Source of the DNA: Octopus sinensis
Lineage: Eukaryota
DNA: 64,000 nt
Direction of reading: 5' to 3'
NCBI RefSeq assembly: GCF_006345805.1
Contig: NC_043000.1
Location: 806,001 to 870,000, forward strand
Positions 41,762-55,767 of the stretch are shown here, in pieces; the first letter of the stretch is position 1, and each line of letters begins with the position of its first letter. Position numbers and translations under genes: made by a program. The notes under the pieces were generated by a model, which was given only the letters and a program-made list of their open reading frames with translations, was not told the DNA's origin and ran no database searches.

Positions 41762-42125
41762 TTCAAATATACATAAGGACTCCAAATTTGCCATCAAGAT
41801 GTAGGACAAGATACTGCGATAGCCTGGGCTTCAGAGGTCCACAGCTCTTCCATATCCTCCCGAAGGACCAGAGAGACCTGCATGGGGTGGATGCAGATGT
41901 CTTCAAAATATAGCTGAACCTCTTCTTGTCAGGTGTCCCAGATGAACCAACTTCACGACAGGAGGTGCAGATGAGGGCAGCTGCATCAAACTCTCTCATG
42001 CACCAGATGTCAATTGCTTAAAAAGCATTCGTGAAGTAAAATCATGTAGCAACACCGAATGGCGTGCCCCAAGATGGCCACAACTCGTGAGCTGAAACTA
42101 GATGAAATGAAATTAAAATGAAAGT
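41762..42125 (+). mobile_element. 3' fragment of a LINE related to 15298-15900
   Basis: RTRYCDSLGFRGPQLFHILPK..RDLHGVD...SGVPDEPTSRQE; (ATGAA)n-like tail. Confidence 0.85.
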
Positions 42126-42294
42126 AAAAATGGAAAATCTACAAATGGCTGTGTTATGAAGTGCAAGACATGCATAATACATAAGAACACAAATATACAA
42201 ACTAGAATAGTTTTGATTTTGTCACATTGCCAAACGAAAATACATTGAACTAAAAAGTTGTGTTACCTTATTGTTTCGTCCATCCCTTGTATAT

Positions 42295-42690
42295 ACACAC
42301 ACGCACAAACACACATAGACTCACGCACAAGCATAGACACATGCACACATAGACACACACACACATAACACACACAAACATAGACACACACACATAGACA
42401 CACACACACACATAGACACACACACACAAACATAGACACACACACACATAGACACACACACACACACACACATAGACACACACACAAACATAGACGCACA
42501 CACACATGGACACACACACATAGACACACACACATAGACACACACACACATAGACACACACACACATAGAGCACACACACACACAAACATAGACACACAC
42601 ACAAACATAGACACACACACATAGACACACACACGCACAAACATAGACACACACATAGACACACACACATAGACTCACACACATACACAC
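42295..42690 (+). repeat. (CA)n punctuated by CATAGA units
   Basis: Directly visible. Confidence 0.9.
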
Positions 42691-42873
42691 TCGCAATCTT
42701 GTGTACACATGCATATACAGTGAGATAGCTGAATATGATATGTGCATCAGTGCATGCGTTTAATAATGTTATTCATGTATACATATACGGGTATATATAT
42801 GCATGTATGTATGCACGTATATATATATAAATATATATTTGTGTGTGTGTGTGTAAATATACATATATATATA

Positions 42874-42905
<32 letters not shown>

Positions 42906-44699
42906 CACACACACACACATATATATGTGTGTGTGTGTATATATATTAGCACCAATGTGTTATATATATTCTGTTAATCCTACCAAGCAGCACTAATATA
43001 GATAGAAGTTATCACGGATCAATTGAATGTGTTGCCATAATCGACTCTGCTGAACGACTCGATGGACATGCAAACATGCATAGTCACAAATTGATTTATA
43101 TAACAGGATAATATATTAAGAATATATATATATATATGCAGGAAGAAAGAGAGAGGGGGTGGGCAATAGCGTATTTCCCCTGGCGAAATCAAACTATATT
43201 CCATTGCAAATTCTCTCGATATCAAACGTTGCAGTAGTTCTATTTTGCTTTCATTCACTAGAGAACGAGTATGGACATCGGAACTTTATAAGTTCTTAAT
43301 TCAAAAAATTATAGCAAATTCCGTTGCAAACACATCTGAGCAATCACATGTAGTTATTTGTGTGTGTGTGTAGCAGGTGTAACAGTATGGTAAAGAAGCT
43401 TGCTTCTCAACTATATGGCCGTGGTTCCAGTCACAGCGCTGCTCCTTCGATAAGGGTTTTCCACTATAGACCCAAACCAACCCAAGCCTTGTAAGTGGAT
43501 TTGGTATACACGCACGCACGCACACACACACACACACATACACACACACACATACACACACACACACATGCACGCACACACGCACATATATATATTAATG
43601 TGAGTTTGGAGGGATATATTATTCGTGCGGATACCATGGTGACTCTCAGTTATGTTCCAGGTTACGGCTAACCGCATCGATTATTATTTAACGTCTATGA
43701 CTAGTATTCGTTGTCATTCACGCTGTAAACTCCTCCGATGAGTAATTCTGTGTTCGCTTCTCTCGATGGTAATATTATCTGGAGTGTATAATAGCAATAA
43801 TTATAATGAATATAGAATATGGAAACTGGTTCAACCTAAAAATTTATTTCTTATTATTTTACAATTGCATACAACATATCTTTATGGTTGTTACGACCTA
43901 CAAGTGTTTCCACTGCACAAAGTACAGACAGTTTCACATGCCACTGGGCATGATTTTCTGTGGAGCTTTTTCGGGGTCTTTCCATTTGACTAGATTTGAA
44001 GCGAACTGAATATCGTTGGTTGTTTGTTAGTTAGGGTTCAGGAGGAACTTGTTTTGAAAATGAAATCTCATCTGTTTGTAAGCTAGTGCCGTTGACCTTG
44101 GTTTTACACCCGTTGCTGTCCGAAATCAGGGTTTTATCTAAATAGGTCAGAGTTGACGTTTCTGTTTTGGAAAACCCCTTTGTTTATTTTAGTAGTTGAG
44201 TACCCGTTAACTTTATATTCAAGTGCTTCTAATGTAATGATCTTAGTTATTCATAAATTTACTGGCTGTGTTCTTTATGTTTGGTAGTATAATGTGAATA
44301 GACTATAAGCTAGGCTGGTTTGTGGAGTGTCATGAACTTTTTGAGTTTAGGATATGTTCTTCTATCCTTCCTTTTCCACCCAACTGTAGATGAGACATTT
44401 AGTTATCTAGTACTTTCTTTAGATTCTTTAAATGATAGAAACTTGTATTTATCACAATTTCTCTTACGAATGTATGTATCTATGTCATTATTCAGTTTTA
44501 TTTCAAGATTTCTTGCCAATAGGGAAAGAGCCGGTTTTTAACCTAGATTCAAGTCTCCTTCATTGGAATTTCAACAACGACAACAGGGTATTTTTGTTTG
44601 TATCTATGTATATGTACAGATTTGTACGTTTTGCTTTACGGAATGTCTTCTCGTGCATATAGTTGCATGTTTAGATATGCTCATATATATTTAAATGAT

Positions 44700-44990
44700 A
44701 AACTTCTGGAAAGTTTTACAGATTTTTACAGTTCCAGTGATGGCTTGGATCTGTAGGCTGCAGGTTTTGAGAAGCTTAATTCCTCAAGGCAGTGTGTTAC
44801 ATATCCCAGTGCCCCAATATTTACAGGAATAAACCTGAACCTGTAATCTAGATAGAGTAACTTCAGATTTCTCAATAGTTCAGCGTAGGTATTCTCTATT
44901 TCACTATTCTTCAGTTTTATGTTAACATCTGCTGGACACTTATTTCCACAAGTGTACACAGTTTCTCTTCTCTATCCCAAATCATTAAAC
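44700..44990 (-). mobile_element. RLE-type retrotransposon C-terminal fragment
   Basis: ENTYAELLRNLKLLY.DYRFRFIPVNIGALGYV. Confidence 0.75.
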
Positions 44991-45075
44991 CAGGTCTATT
45001 TTATTAAATGCATGTATGAATGTATGTATGTATGTGTGTATTATGCATGTATGTATGTATGTATGTACGTACATA

Positions 45076-45352
45076 CAGTGGTTAGGGCAGCGGGCTCGCG
45101 GTTGTAGGATCGCGGTTTCGATTCCCAGACCTGAGCGAAAACACCTAAAGCTCCATGAGGCTCCGGCAGGGGGTGGTGGCAATCCCTGCTGTACTCTTTC
45201 GCCACAACTTTCTCTCACTCTTTCTTCTGTTGGCCTGCTCGCTTAGCCAGCGGGGTGGCATCATTTGGAGGGTAAAACAATGCGATGCGCATTGTGACCA
45301 GCGATGTGTAGCAACATCTGATAGCCTGGTCGGTCACGGTGATCATGGTCAC
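45076..45352 (+). mobile_element. Family A SINE with alternative tail
   Basis: Head and body as 46306; tail homologous to 38275-38400. Confidence 0.8.
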
Positions 45353-45696
45353 GGTATGTATGTATGTATGTATGTATGTATGTATGTATGTATGTATGTA
45401 TGTATGTCCTGGGTATGCCTTTAAACTGCATCGGTTGTGACGCTTCTTTAGAGAGTTCAACCCAGTTGCTAACAAAGCGACAAGACATTTTCGAGTCAAT
45501 AGCGTTCCTGGTGTTCATAAATATGTAGTTGAGTCGATGTGCTGGTTGAACTGTCGGTGCATGCACCCAAGTGTGTGTGCGTTTGTTCACCCAAAGAATC
45601 TCAGACAGAATTTTTTGAACGTCTTACAAATCCTCACTGTTCCACTAATGACACGAAGTTGTAAAAACAATTATATGAGTACGTTTAACAAACATA

Positions 45697-46105
45697 GTGG
45701 CTGTGTGGTAAGTAGCTTGCTAACCAACCACATGGTTCCGGGTTCAGTCCCACTGTGTGGCATCTTGGGCAAGTGTTTTTTGCTATGGCCTCGGGCCGAC
45801 CAAAGCCTTGTGAGTGGATTTGGTAGACGGAAACTGAAAGAAGCCTGTCGTATATATCTATATATATATATGTGTATGTATATGTTTGTGTGTCTGTATT
45901 TGTCCCTCTAGCATTGCTTGACAACCGATGCTGGTGTGTATACGTCCCCGTAACTTATCGGTTCGGCAAAAGAGACCGATAGAATAAGTACTGGGCTTAC
46001 AAAGAATAAGTCGCGGGGTCGATTTGCTCGACTAAAGGCGGTGCTCCAGCATGGCCGCAGTCAAATGACTGAAACAAGTAAAAGAGAATAAAAGAAAGAG
46101 TAAAG
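45697..46105 (+). mobile_element. SINE family B
   Basis: Homology to 39320-39720. Confidence 0.9.
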
Positions 46106-46305
46106 AGGTCCACAGTGGAAATGACGCCATCAAAAGTTATTTGCACGACATCCGGGTTTTTTTGTTCAAGAGACACTTCAAAGTTTACAAACAGCTAATC
46201 CAGAAGCTATATCAGTACTTCAGTTTATCTACATACAAGTGCACACATGGAAGTAATTGTCTGTATGCTTTTATTTTGGTATACATGTGTGTATAAGCGC
46301 GCATG

Positions 46306-46688
46306 TGGAGGCGCAATGGCCCAGTGGTTAGGGCAGCGGACTCGCGGTCGTAGGATCGCGGTTTCGATTCCCAGACCGGGCGTTGTGAGTGTTTATTGAG
46401 CGAAAACACCTAAAGCTTCACGAGGCTCCGGCAGGGGTGGTGGTGAACCCTGCTGTACTTTTTCACCACAACTTGCTCTCACTCTTACTTCCTGTTTCTG
46501 TTGTACCTGTATTTCAAAGGGCCAGCCTTGTCACACTCTGTGTCACGCTGAATCTCCTCGAGAACTACGTTAAGGGTACACGTGTCTGTGGAATGCTCAG
46601 CCACTTACACGTTAATTTCACGAGCAGGCTGTTCCGTTGATTCGGATCTACCGGAACGCTCGTTGTCGTAACCAACGGAGTGCTTCCC
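46306..46688 (+). mobile_element. tRNA-derived SINE, family A variant (full length)
   Basis: A and B boxes, body shared with 30041. Confidence 0.85.
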
Positions 46689-46734
46689 ATCCCATAAGCG
46701 CGCATGCATGTCTGTGTGTGTGTGTGTGATATAT

Positions 46735-47355
46735 ATTTCTTTATTACCCACAAGGGGCTAAACATAGAGGGGACAAACAAGGACAGACAAAGGGATTAAG
46801 TCGATTACATCGACCCCAGTGCGTAACTGGTACTTAATTTATCGACCCCGAAAGGATGAAAGGCAAAGTCGACCTCGGCGGAATTTGAACCCAGAACACT
46901 TTATTCTCTTGAAAAACGCCGCCGCCGTGGTGATCTCATTCTCGCCCACAACATCATAAGCGGGAAGTGTAACCTCTGGAAAGAGCTGTTCTTCACTCCT
47001 GCTCCAGAGCGTCGGCTGCGGGGTCATTCCGAAAAGCTCTACCTGCGACGATTTCATCTCAATCGAAGGAGAGGAGCTTTCTCCGTCCGGGTTGCGGATC
47101 CGTGGAACAAGCTGCCAGACGAGATGGTGAAGATGCCGACGACCGCTTTGTTCAAAGCCTCCCTGGACCTCAAGTGGCCTGAACTCTTTACATGGACACC
47201 ACCCTGTACTTAACTCCATGTCCCCCTACATGGCCTTGCTATTTGCTTTTGAGCCAAATTAACTAACTAACTAACTAACTAACTAACTTAACGGCAGACG
47301 AAATACGGCTACGCATTTCGCCCGACGAGCTAACGTTTCTGCCAGCTCGCCGCCT
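46735..47355 (-). mobile_element. Family C SINE interrupted by a LINE
   Basis: SINE halves at 46735-46897 and 47289-47355. Confidence 0.9.
46899..47288 (+). mobile_element. 3' fragment of the same LINE family as 671-3110
   Basis: Near-identical reverse complement of about 690-1058; (TAAC)n tail. Confidence 0.95.
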
Positions 47356-47584
47356 GATAAAAAGGTGATATAGACACCTTTTTATGTATGCACATTGAAA
47401 AACAAATTATGAAAAATATTTTTAGTGGGGTCAATCAAGTGAAGCGAATAATATGTTGGGTTTAGGGATCAGCAAAACCAGAAGGATGCTTTCTATGATT
47501 CTGGCAGAAATAGGTGGCGGTGGGAGAACACGACTATAATAACAAAAGAAGTAAATATCCGAGTTATTATTATTTTTATCGATA

Positions 47585-47660
47585 TCATCATCATCATCAT
47601 CATCATCATAGTTTTCAGCAGCAGCAACAACTTCATCCTTCACCACCACCACCACCACAC

Positions 47661-47694
<34 letters not shown>

Positions 47695-47799
47695 TCCCAC
47701 AAACATCATCAGCAACAACAACAGCAACAGCCGCGACATCATCAGTACGACCACCATCACCATCATCATCCTCATCATCATCAACATCAACATTATTGC

Positions 47800-47843
<44 letters not shown>

Positions 47844-48107
47844 GCGGAGGAGGAGGAGTAGTGGTGGTGGTTGTAATAGTAGTAGTATTAGTAGTAGTGG
47901 TGGTGGTGGTGGTAGTAATAGTAGTAGTAGTAGTGGTGGTGGTGGTGGTGGTGGTGGTAGTAGTAATAGTAGTAGTAGTAGTAGTAATGGTGGTGGTGGT
48001 GGTGGTAATAGTAGTAGTAGTAGTAGTGGTGGTGGTGGTGGTAATAGTAGTAGTAGTAGTGGTGGTGGTGGTGGTGATGGTGGTGGTGGTGGTGGTGGTG
48101 ATGGTGA

Positions 48108-48151
<44 letters not shown>

Positions 48152-48200
48152 CTAGTAGTGGTGGTGGTGGTGGTGATGGTGGTGGTGGTGGTGGTGGTGA

Positions 48201-48255
<55 letters not shown>

Positions 48256-48290
48256 TGTTGCTGTTGCTGCTGCTGTTGTTGTTGTTGTGA
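47585..48290. repeat. (CAT)n/(GTA)n/(GGT)n compound microsatellite
   Basis: Directly visible. Confidence 0.95.
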
Positions 48291-48578
48291 GGTTGATAGA
48301 ATTAGGTGTAGCGGAAACTGTAATTCTATAACTTATCTTCATAGCAACAACCATAGAAACTCGATAAATACATTCCTCGTTCTCTTATATCTTCAGTTGT
48401 TATTTTTGTTTCTTTGTGTTCTTTTTTCTACATTTTCTTCAGAACGTGTGTATGCGCATATATACATACACACACGTACATATATTTATGCTTATATGTG
48501 TCTCCACATGTACATATACCCACACTTACGTTTAATACATTCATATATTTATATATATATATATATATATGTAATTAT

Positions 48579-48687
48579 TATATAGAAGGAGCTTCTACAG
48601 GACTAGTACTGTTTCATTCAGAGAAATCTTCAGGAGATTTCTCTTGAATGAAACAGTACTAGTCCTGTAGAAGCTCCTTCTATATAT
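48579..48687 (-). ncRNA. About 50-bp-arm hairpin containing a hammerhead core
   Basis: Near-perfect palindrome; minus strand CTGAAGA tttctctgaat GAAACAG tactagtc CTGTA gaag. Confidence 0.65.
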
Positions 48688-48758
48688 AAAAATTAATTTT
48701 ACTCTGCTATGTATTGAGTACCTTATACTTCTGTGGTTAACCCCCGATCACCCGGACC

Positions 48759-48855
<97 letters not shown>

Positions 48856-48901
48856 TAATATATATATATATATAATATATATATATATTAGATAGATAGA
48901 T

Positions 48902-48945
<44 letters not shown>

Positions 48946-49048
48946 TACATATATATATATATATATATTATGTATATATATGCATATATATATACACAAA
49001 CAGAAGAGAGAGTGTATATATATATGTGTGTGTGGATGCGCGTGTGTA

Positions 49049-49136
<88 letters not shown>

Positions 49137-49751
49137 TAGATAGATAGACAATATATATATATACATACATACATATATACTCTCACATAATCATAATACA
49201 GACAACGTAACATATGCAAATGCATATATATATATATATATATATATATGATATAAGTATTATGTATATGTGTGTGTATGTATGTGTGTGTGTATATATT
49301 CGTATGCGTGTAGATGTGAATGAACGTGTGAGATTACACACAATAAAATATTGTGCTTTTAGTTACAAATCTCACAATCACAGTTATATGTGTCCAATGA
49401 TTATCCACTCTCTAAATCCGAAATGTGCCTGGGCAAATATACTTCTACCAACATACCTTTATACATACATCCATTCATACATATACGTGTGCTTGTGTGT
49501 AACGAAGTGTAACTGGTTCAGGCATGCGTATTGCTCGATTTGGTATGCAGGTTTTATGAGATTTTCTTGAAGGACCAACAAAGGTCGAGATATTGCATTG
49601 TGGGAACGATTTCATGGTTGCCTTGGCTGCATGTACATTCTGCGTTTTGTTTGTTTCACGCATCCTTTTGTTGTCTCCCTGATGCACCTCTTGAACGAGT
49701 GCATATAGATATAGATATATAGACAGACGGGTAGATAGTCAGATAGATAGG

Positions 49752-49821
<70 letters not shown>

Positions 49822-49857
49822 TGCAAATGCATATATATACATATATCTGCATGAATG

Positions 49858-49928
<71 letters not shown>

Positions 49929-50077
49929 CAATTATAAATAAGGGCAAAAAGAAAAAGAAAAAAGAATCGTATTTAAAATTTTCACCTTAAAAGCTATTTT
50001 TTTATATGCTGGCCACTGATAAAATACCTTGATAAAATTTTATCCTTATACTAGAAGTGTATATATATATATATATA

Positions 50078-50121
<44 letters not shown>

Positions 50122-50519
50122 CATACATACATATATACATACATACACATACATACATACATACATACATTAAACTACATACAATACATACATACATACA
50201 TACATACATACACATGTGATAAGTTCATTCTATACACTGATCTGTAAATGTGTTTGAATGGGGATGTGTTACATGCATGGAATAAGTGCACCTACGAATG
50301 GAATCATACAAACAAATATTATTATATCATATTTGCAAGCATGCTAGGGTGAGTGCATACATACATGTATGAGTATCGGTATGCATGTCAGTTTTTATAT
50401 TCTTTGAAATATTCCTCGATAGATGTGGCTGATTTCAAAGTGAAACTACAAAGACAGGAGAATAGAATTCTGATAAAAGCAACTGTAAAGTGTTACATGC
50501 TAAGATTTAGAAATGTTTT

Positions 50520-52890
50520 AGGGCGGCGAGCTGGCAAAATTGTTAGCACACCAGGCAAAATGTTTAGGGGCTTTCGTTTGTTATAATGTTCTGAGTTAAA
50601 ATTCCATCGAGGAGGTGTTTGCCTTTCATCCTCTAAAGGTGGATAAAATAAGTACCAGTTGATCACTGTGGTTGATGAAATCGACCTACGTCCTTACCCG
50701 AGCTTTGTGGCTTTGTGCCAAAATCTGAAATCAATTTAGAGACGTTTTATGACTGCGAGCTGGCAAAATCGATAGCACACCGAACGAAAAGCATAGCGGC
50801 ATTTCGTCCGTCTTTACGTACTGAGTTCAAATGCCGCCAAGGTAGACTTTGCTTTCATCCTTTTGGAGTCGATAAGATAGGTACCAGTTGAGCAGTGAGG
50901 TCGATGCAATCGATTTTCCCCCTTCCCGATACTGCTGGCCTTCTGCCAAAATTTGGAACCAATATTTATATATATTAGGGGCGATCTGGTAGAATCGTAA
51001 GCATGCCAGAAAAAACGCTTAGCAACATTTCGTCGAGTTCAAATACCTCCAAGGTCGCCTTTGCCTTTTATCCTTTCGATGTCAATAAAATAATTACCAG
51101 TTAAGCACTGGGGGCTCAATGTAATCAACCAGCCCCTTCCCCAAAATTTCTGGCCTTGTGCCAAAATTTGAAACCAATATTACTGAAATGTTTAGGATAT
51201 TTTGCCTGTCCCACTTAGAGATGAATTCACAGAACACAAATTAGCCATAGCGAATTGACAGAGTGGTAAGATATCAGACAGAATGCTTCGTGGTAATTTC
51301 TCTGACACCTTACCCTCCGAGTTCAGTTCCTAATGATATCAACTTCGTCTTTCATAAAAACGTATCAATCCAATATCTTTTAATTTCAGAACTGTAAGAT
51401 CATAGTTGCGCTATTATCGGGTCTCAGTTAGTTCTGAGTTCAATCCGCACCGCGGCCTACTTGATAAGCTTAATTCGACATCAGCCTTCAGGGAAGTTCA
51501 CTTCGTTGCATGCATTGGGACCAGATTCCCTCTTTGACGATACCTATTTACTTCTCTCCTTCGTACAAATCTAGGAAGCCCTGTTACGTGTTACGGGCAC
51601 TGCTTTTCTCCCCAGCTCCTCGCTAAATAAAAGGTGAAATGAAAATTACCTCTCTTATTTTTCGACTTCCGAAAGATGAAAGAAAAGTTGATCTCGGCAA
51701 GATATGAACTCAGACTGTGAAGAGTTGGAAGAAATGTTGTTAAGCATTTTATCTGACTCTCAAACATTTGTGCCAGCTAACTGTAAAAAATATCTTTATT
51801 TAGTTACAAGGCTAGTAAATTTGATGAGCGAGTGGTAGTCGGTTACATTGATCCGTGTACTTAAGTGGTACAATGGAAAAATGAAAGGTGAAGCTGACTT
51901 CGGCTAAATTTGAACTCACAACTTAGAGAATAAACGCTGCAAGTAATTTTTTCTGAGTTTCCTATAAGTCTGCCGATCCATCACTTACTGTTCGTAATTT
52001 AGACACGAGGCCAGTGATTTTGATAGGAAGGAGTTAGTCGACTGCTTCGATCGTGTTGCTTGATTTGCACTTCATTTTATCGAACTCGGAATTTTGTTTC
52101 GGTAGGATATGAACTCAGAACGCAGGTTGATGCACCAAAATATTACAATATAGTTTTTCGGACGCTCTAATGCTTGTCAATTCACTAAACTCTGACTGTG
52201 TGACTCTTTATCTATCAATATATCTATCACTTAAAAGTGGTGAGCTGGCAGAATCGTTCACACGCTGGGCGAAATGCTTGGTGGTATTTCGTCTGCCACT
52301 ACGTCCTGAGTTTAAATTCCGCCGAGGTCGACTTTGCCTTTCATCCTTTCGGAGTCGATTAAATAAGTACAAGTTACGCACTGGGGTCGATATAATCGAC
52401 TTAATCCCTTTGTCTGTCATTGTTTGTCCCCTCTGTGTTTAGCCCCTTATGGGCAATAAAGAAATAAGAAACGTTAGCACGCCGGGCGAAATGTTTAGCG
52501 ATATTTCGTTTGTCTCTACGTTCTGAGTTAAAATTCCACCGAGGTCGACTTTATCCTTTCGTGGTCGGTAAATTAAGAACGAGTTGCGTTCTTAATTGAC
52601 TGTGCCCCTCCCCAAAAACTTCAGGCCTTGTGTCGCGAGTAGAAAAGAATATTCTTATTGTAGTTAAGGCGGTGAGCTGGCAGAATCGTCAACACGCCGG
52701 GAGAAATGCTTAGCCGCGTTTCGTTTGTCTTTATGCATTAAATTCGAATTCCTCTAAGATCAACTTTATTTTTCCTCTTTTCCATTCAGGATCGATAAAA
52801 TAAGTACCAGTTCAGCACTGGAGTGGACGTAATCGATTTACCCCATACCCCGAAATTGTTAACTTTGAACCAAAATTTGAAATCAATATT
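50520..52890. mobile_element. Cluster of about 10 family C SINEs in both orientations
   Basis: Repeated ggcggcgagctggca.aa.cgttagcac...gagttcaaat...aagtaccagtt...ccaaaatttgaaa units. Plus strand at about 50520, 50755, 50978, 52235, 52468 and 52667; minus strand at about 51640-52170. Confidence 0.85.
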
Positions 52891-52933
52891 CTTTTTGTGA
52901 TTTTATATATTTTTTTCTTCTTTTCCCTTTCAG

Positions 52934-53077
52934 AATATCGGGAGGCGTTCACCATGTTTGACCGAGATAAGGATGGGAGGATTACCGCTAAGGAACTAGG
53001 GACCGTGCTGCGTTCCCTGGGTCAGAATCCGACCGAAGTAGAGCTTAGAGATATGATTAATGAGGTTGACATTGATG
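52934..53077 (+). CDS. Calmodulin-like gene, 144-nt exon (equivalent to CaM exon 3; EF-hand 1 and start of EF-hand 2)
   Basis: Polypyrimidine tract plus cAG acceptor, GTATAC donor. Encodes (E)[47 protein letters not shown](G), with canonical EF loop DxDxDGxIxxxE. Length 144 nt, phase 1/1, as in calmodulin genes. Confidence 0.95.
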
Positions 53078-54168
53078 GTATACTATCACTATAGCAACTA
53101 TAATTATCACTCACCGTATTTTCTGCACCCGTCCACTCGAACACCCTCGATGCTCCATCGGACAAAGATTAACTTCCTTTGGCTTTTACTGTCTTCAGCA
53201 CTTGCACATGCGCGCGCACGCACGCACACACTCACAAACAAACAAACAAACCCATACACATACATATACAAGTACACACACACACACATGCATTTGTCCG
53301 CATACACGTACCCACATACATTTTACACGCACATGCATACATAGATACGCATGCACAGAAGCACATACAGATAATGCATTCACTGAGCACCTGCTCAGAC
53401 TGTTGCACAGACACATCATTGCATATGCTTGCACCACCACAACCACCACCACCACCACCACCACCACAACCACAATGTCCACCACTACCACATACCACCA
53501 CCACTACTACCGCCACCACTACCACCACCACTACCAACACCACCACCATTACTATCACCACCATCCCCATGATCACTACCATCACTATCACAGTCACCAC
53601 CACAACCACCACCACCACCACCGCCGCCACCACAACGCCCACCTCTACCACATACCACCACCACCACCACAACCACAATGTCCACCACTACCACATACCA
53701 CCACCACTACTACCGCCACCACTACCACCACCACTACCACCACCACTACCAACACCACCACCATTACTATCACCACCATCCCCATGATCTGTCACAGTCA
53801 CCACCACAACCACTATCACTATACCATCGACATCCCCACCATCAGCTATACCAAAGCAGTATCACCGTCATCACAGTCATCACCGTTCCTGCTCCTACGA
53901 CGACAGCTTCCCCGCCACAATAGAGACCCGTACCGCCATCATCCCGTCCTTATCCTTCTTATTACTATCTCTACAGAGGAGAATGCTAAACCCAGTTACG
54001 CATTTAGACCTTAACACTTCTCACCACCAATCCCCCACAACTCCTCTTCCTCCGACTACTACTACTACTACTACTACTACTAGTAGTAGTAATACTACTA
54101 CTATTGCTACTACTACTACTACTACTAATAATAATAATAATAATAATAATGGTAATAATAATAATATA

Positions 54169-54204
<36 letters not shown>

Positions 54205-54216
54205 CTGATGATGATG

Positions 54217-54257
<41 letters not shown>

Positions 54258-55058
54258 GAAGAAGAAGAAGAATGGTTTCTTACATAGGCACCAGGCCAAC
54301 AAATTTAAGAGGAGTGTGAGTAGTCAATACCATTGTCATCAATATTTGAATGGTACTTTATTTCATCGAAACCGAAGGGATGAACGGTTAAGTTAACCCC
54401 GACCCCTTTCGAACACAGAACATAAAAAGCCGGAAAAATACAGCAAAGTATTTTTTTTCCAACGTCCTTCCGATTCTGTACCCATGACATGGCGCTGCTC
54501 CAGAATGTTCCTTCAATCATGAATGTCCATAAAGGCTTCTAAATCCCCTGCTAATCTCTACCGCCCAGATTATATACCGTTCTTCATCATCTCAGTTTTT
54601 ATCACCCACCTTTGTTGTGCTACAAAGATGACAAGAGACCTAAAGATCAATATCGTTTCTAACACCACTTACGCGTTGGTGCTGATGGCGCATGTACTCC
54701 AGTACAATTTAATGGGTGAGTCTATATCTTACAACCACTGCTTGTCTTTTGTCCCCACCTCCGGTTTCCGGAAGTAGGTAGGCACCGTTTCTCGCAACAG
54801 ACAAGATATTTTCCAAAACATCGGTTAAGGCCATTTTCACTTCATCCTTCGAGAGCATACAAAACTTTCCCCTCTCCTCGTTAAGCAAATTTCTCCTTGC
54901 CTGCTCATCATTTTTCTGTCCAATTGGACTCTGGTATTATTGTCAAACATGTTGTCAAAATCGCTCCAATTCATATTAAAAAAAAACAACACTGAATCAT
55001 CATTTTCGTTTCTTTTAGTAGTACTTCCCATTACGGTGATTTTTCCATTTTCTGCTGA

Positions 55059-55093
<35 letters not shown>

Positions 55094-55121
55094 ATTTTCT
55101 GCTCAGCTGTCAAGACTTGTT

Positions 55122-55480
55122 TAGTCCCACTGCGTGGCACCTTGGGCAAGTGTCTTCTACATTAGCCTCGGGCCGACCAAAGCCTTGTGAGTGGATTTGG
55201 TAGACGGAAACTGAAAGAAGCCCGTCGTATATATGTATATGTATTAATATATATATATATGAGTGCGTGTGTGTGTGTTTGTATGTCTGTGTTTGTCCCC
55301 CAACATCGCTTGACAACCGATGCTGGTGTGTTTACGTCCCCGTAACTTAGCGGTTCGGCAAAAGAGACCGATAGAATAAGTACTAGGCTTACAAAGAATA
55401 AGTCCTGAGGTCTATTTGCTCGACTAAAGGCAATGCTCCAGCATGGCAGCAGTCAAATGATTGAAACAAGTAAAACAGAA
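55122..55480 (+). mobile_element. SINE family B, 5'-truncated
   Basis: Homology to 39320-39720. Confidence 0.9.
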
Positions 55481-55767
55481 GGTTTATAGCAAACGATCTT
55501 AGTTGAATATCAAGAAAGAACAAAAATCTTCAAAAAATATTTTTTGACCCAATTTTACTAAAAAAATAACCTGCCACTAACCTTCAGTCTCCAAGACTGT
55601 TCCCCTTAACATTAACTCAATAGTTTCAACTCCACCCAACACTACCACCGCCAACAAAAATGTATCAATGAGATAGCTCCCAATGAGAACCTGACCTACT
55701 AGAAATAGCAACTAGATTTCCTTTAACTCACACCAGACCATAACGCTACAGTGGAAAATGCAGTTCT

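Noticed and set aside
43750-44450. Possible decayed Penelope coding remnant
   Set aside because: Only a faint motif resemblance; not supportable without a translated search.
50520-52890. CRISPR-like repeat array
   Set aside because: Units are about 200-bp diverged SINEs in a eukaryotic context; there is no repeat-spacer structure or cas gene.
52897-53094. 65-aa ORF as a stand-alone small protein
   Set aside because: Homology begins and ends exactly at splice sites; it is an internal exon.
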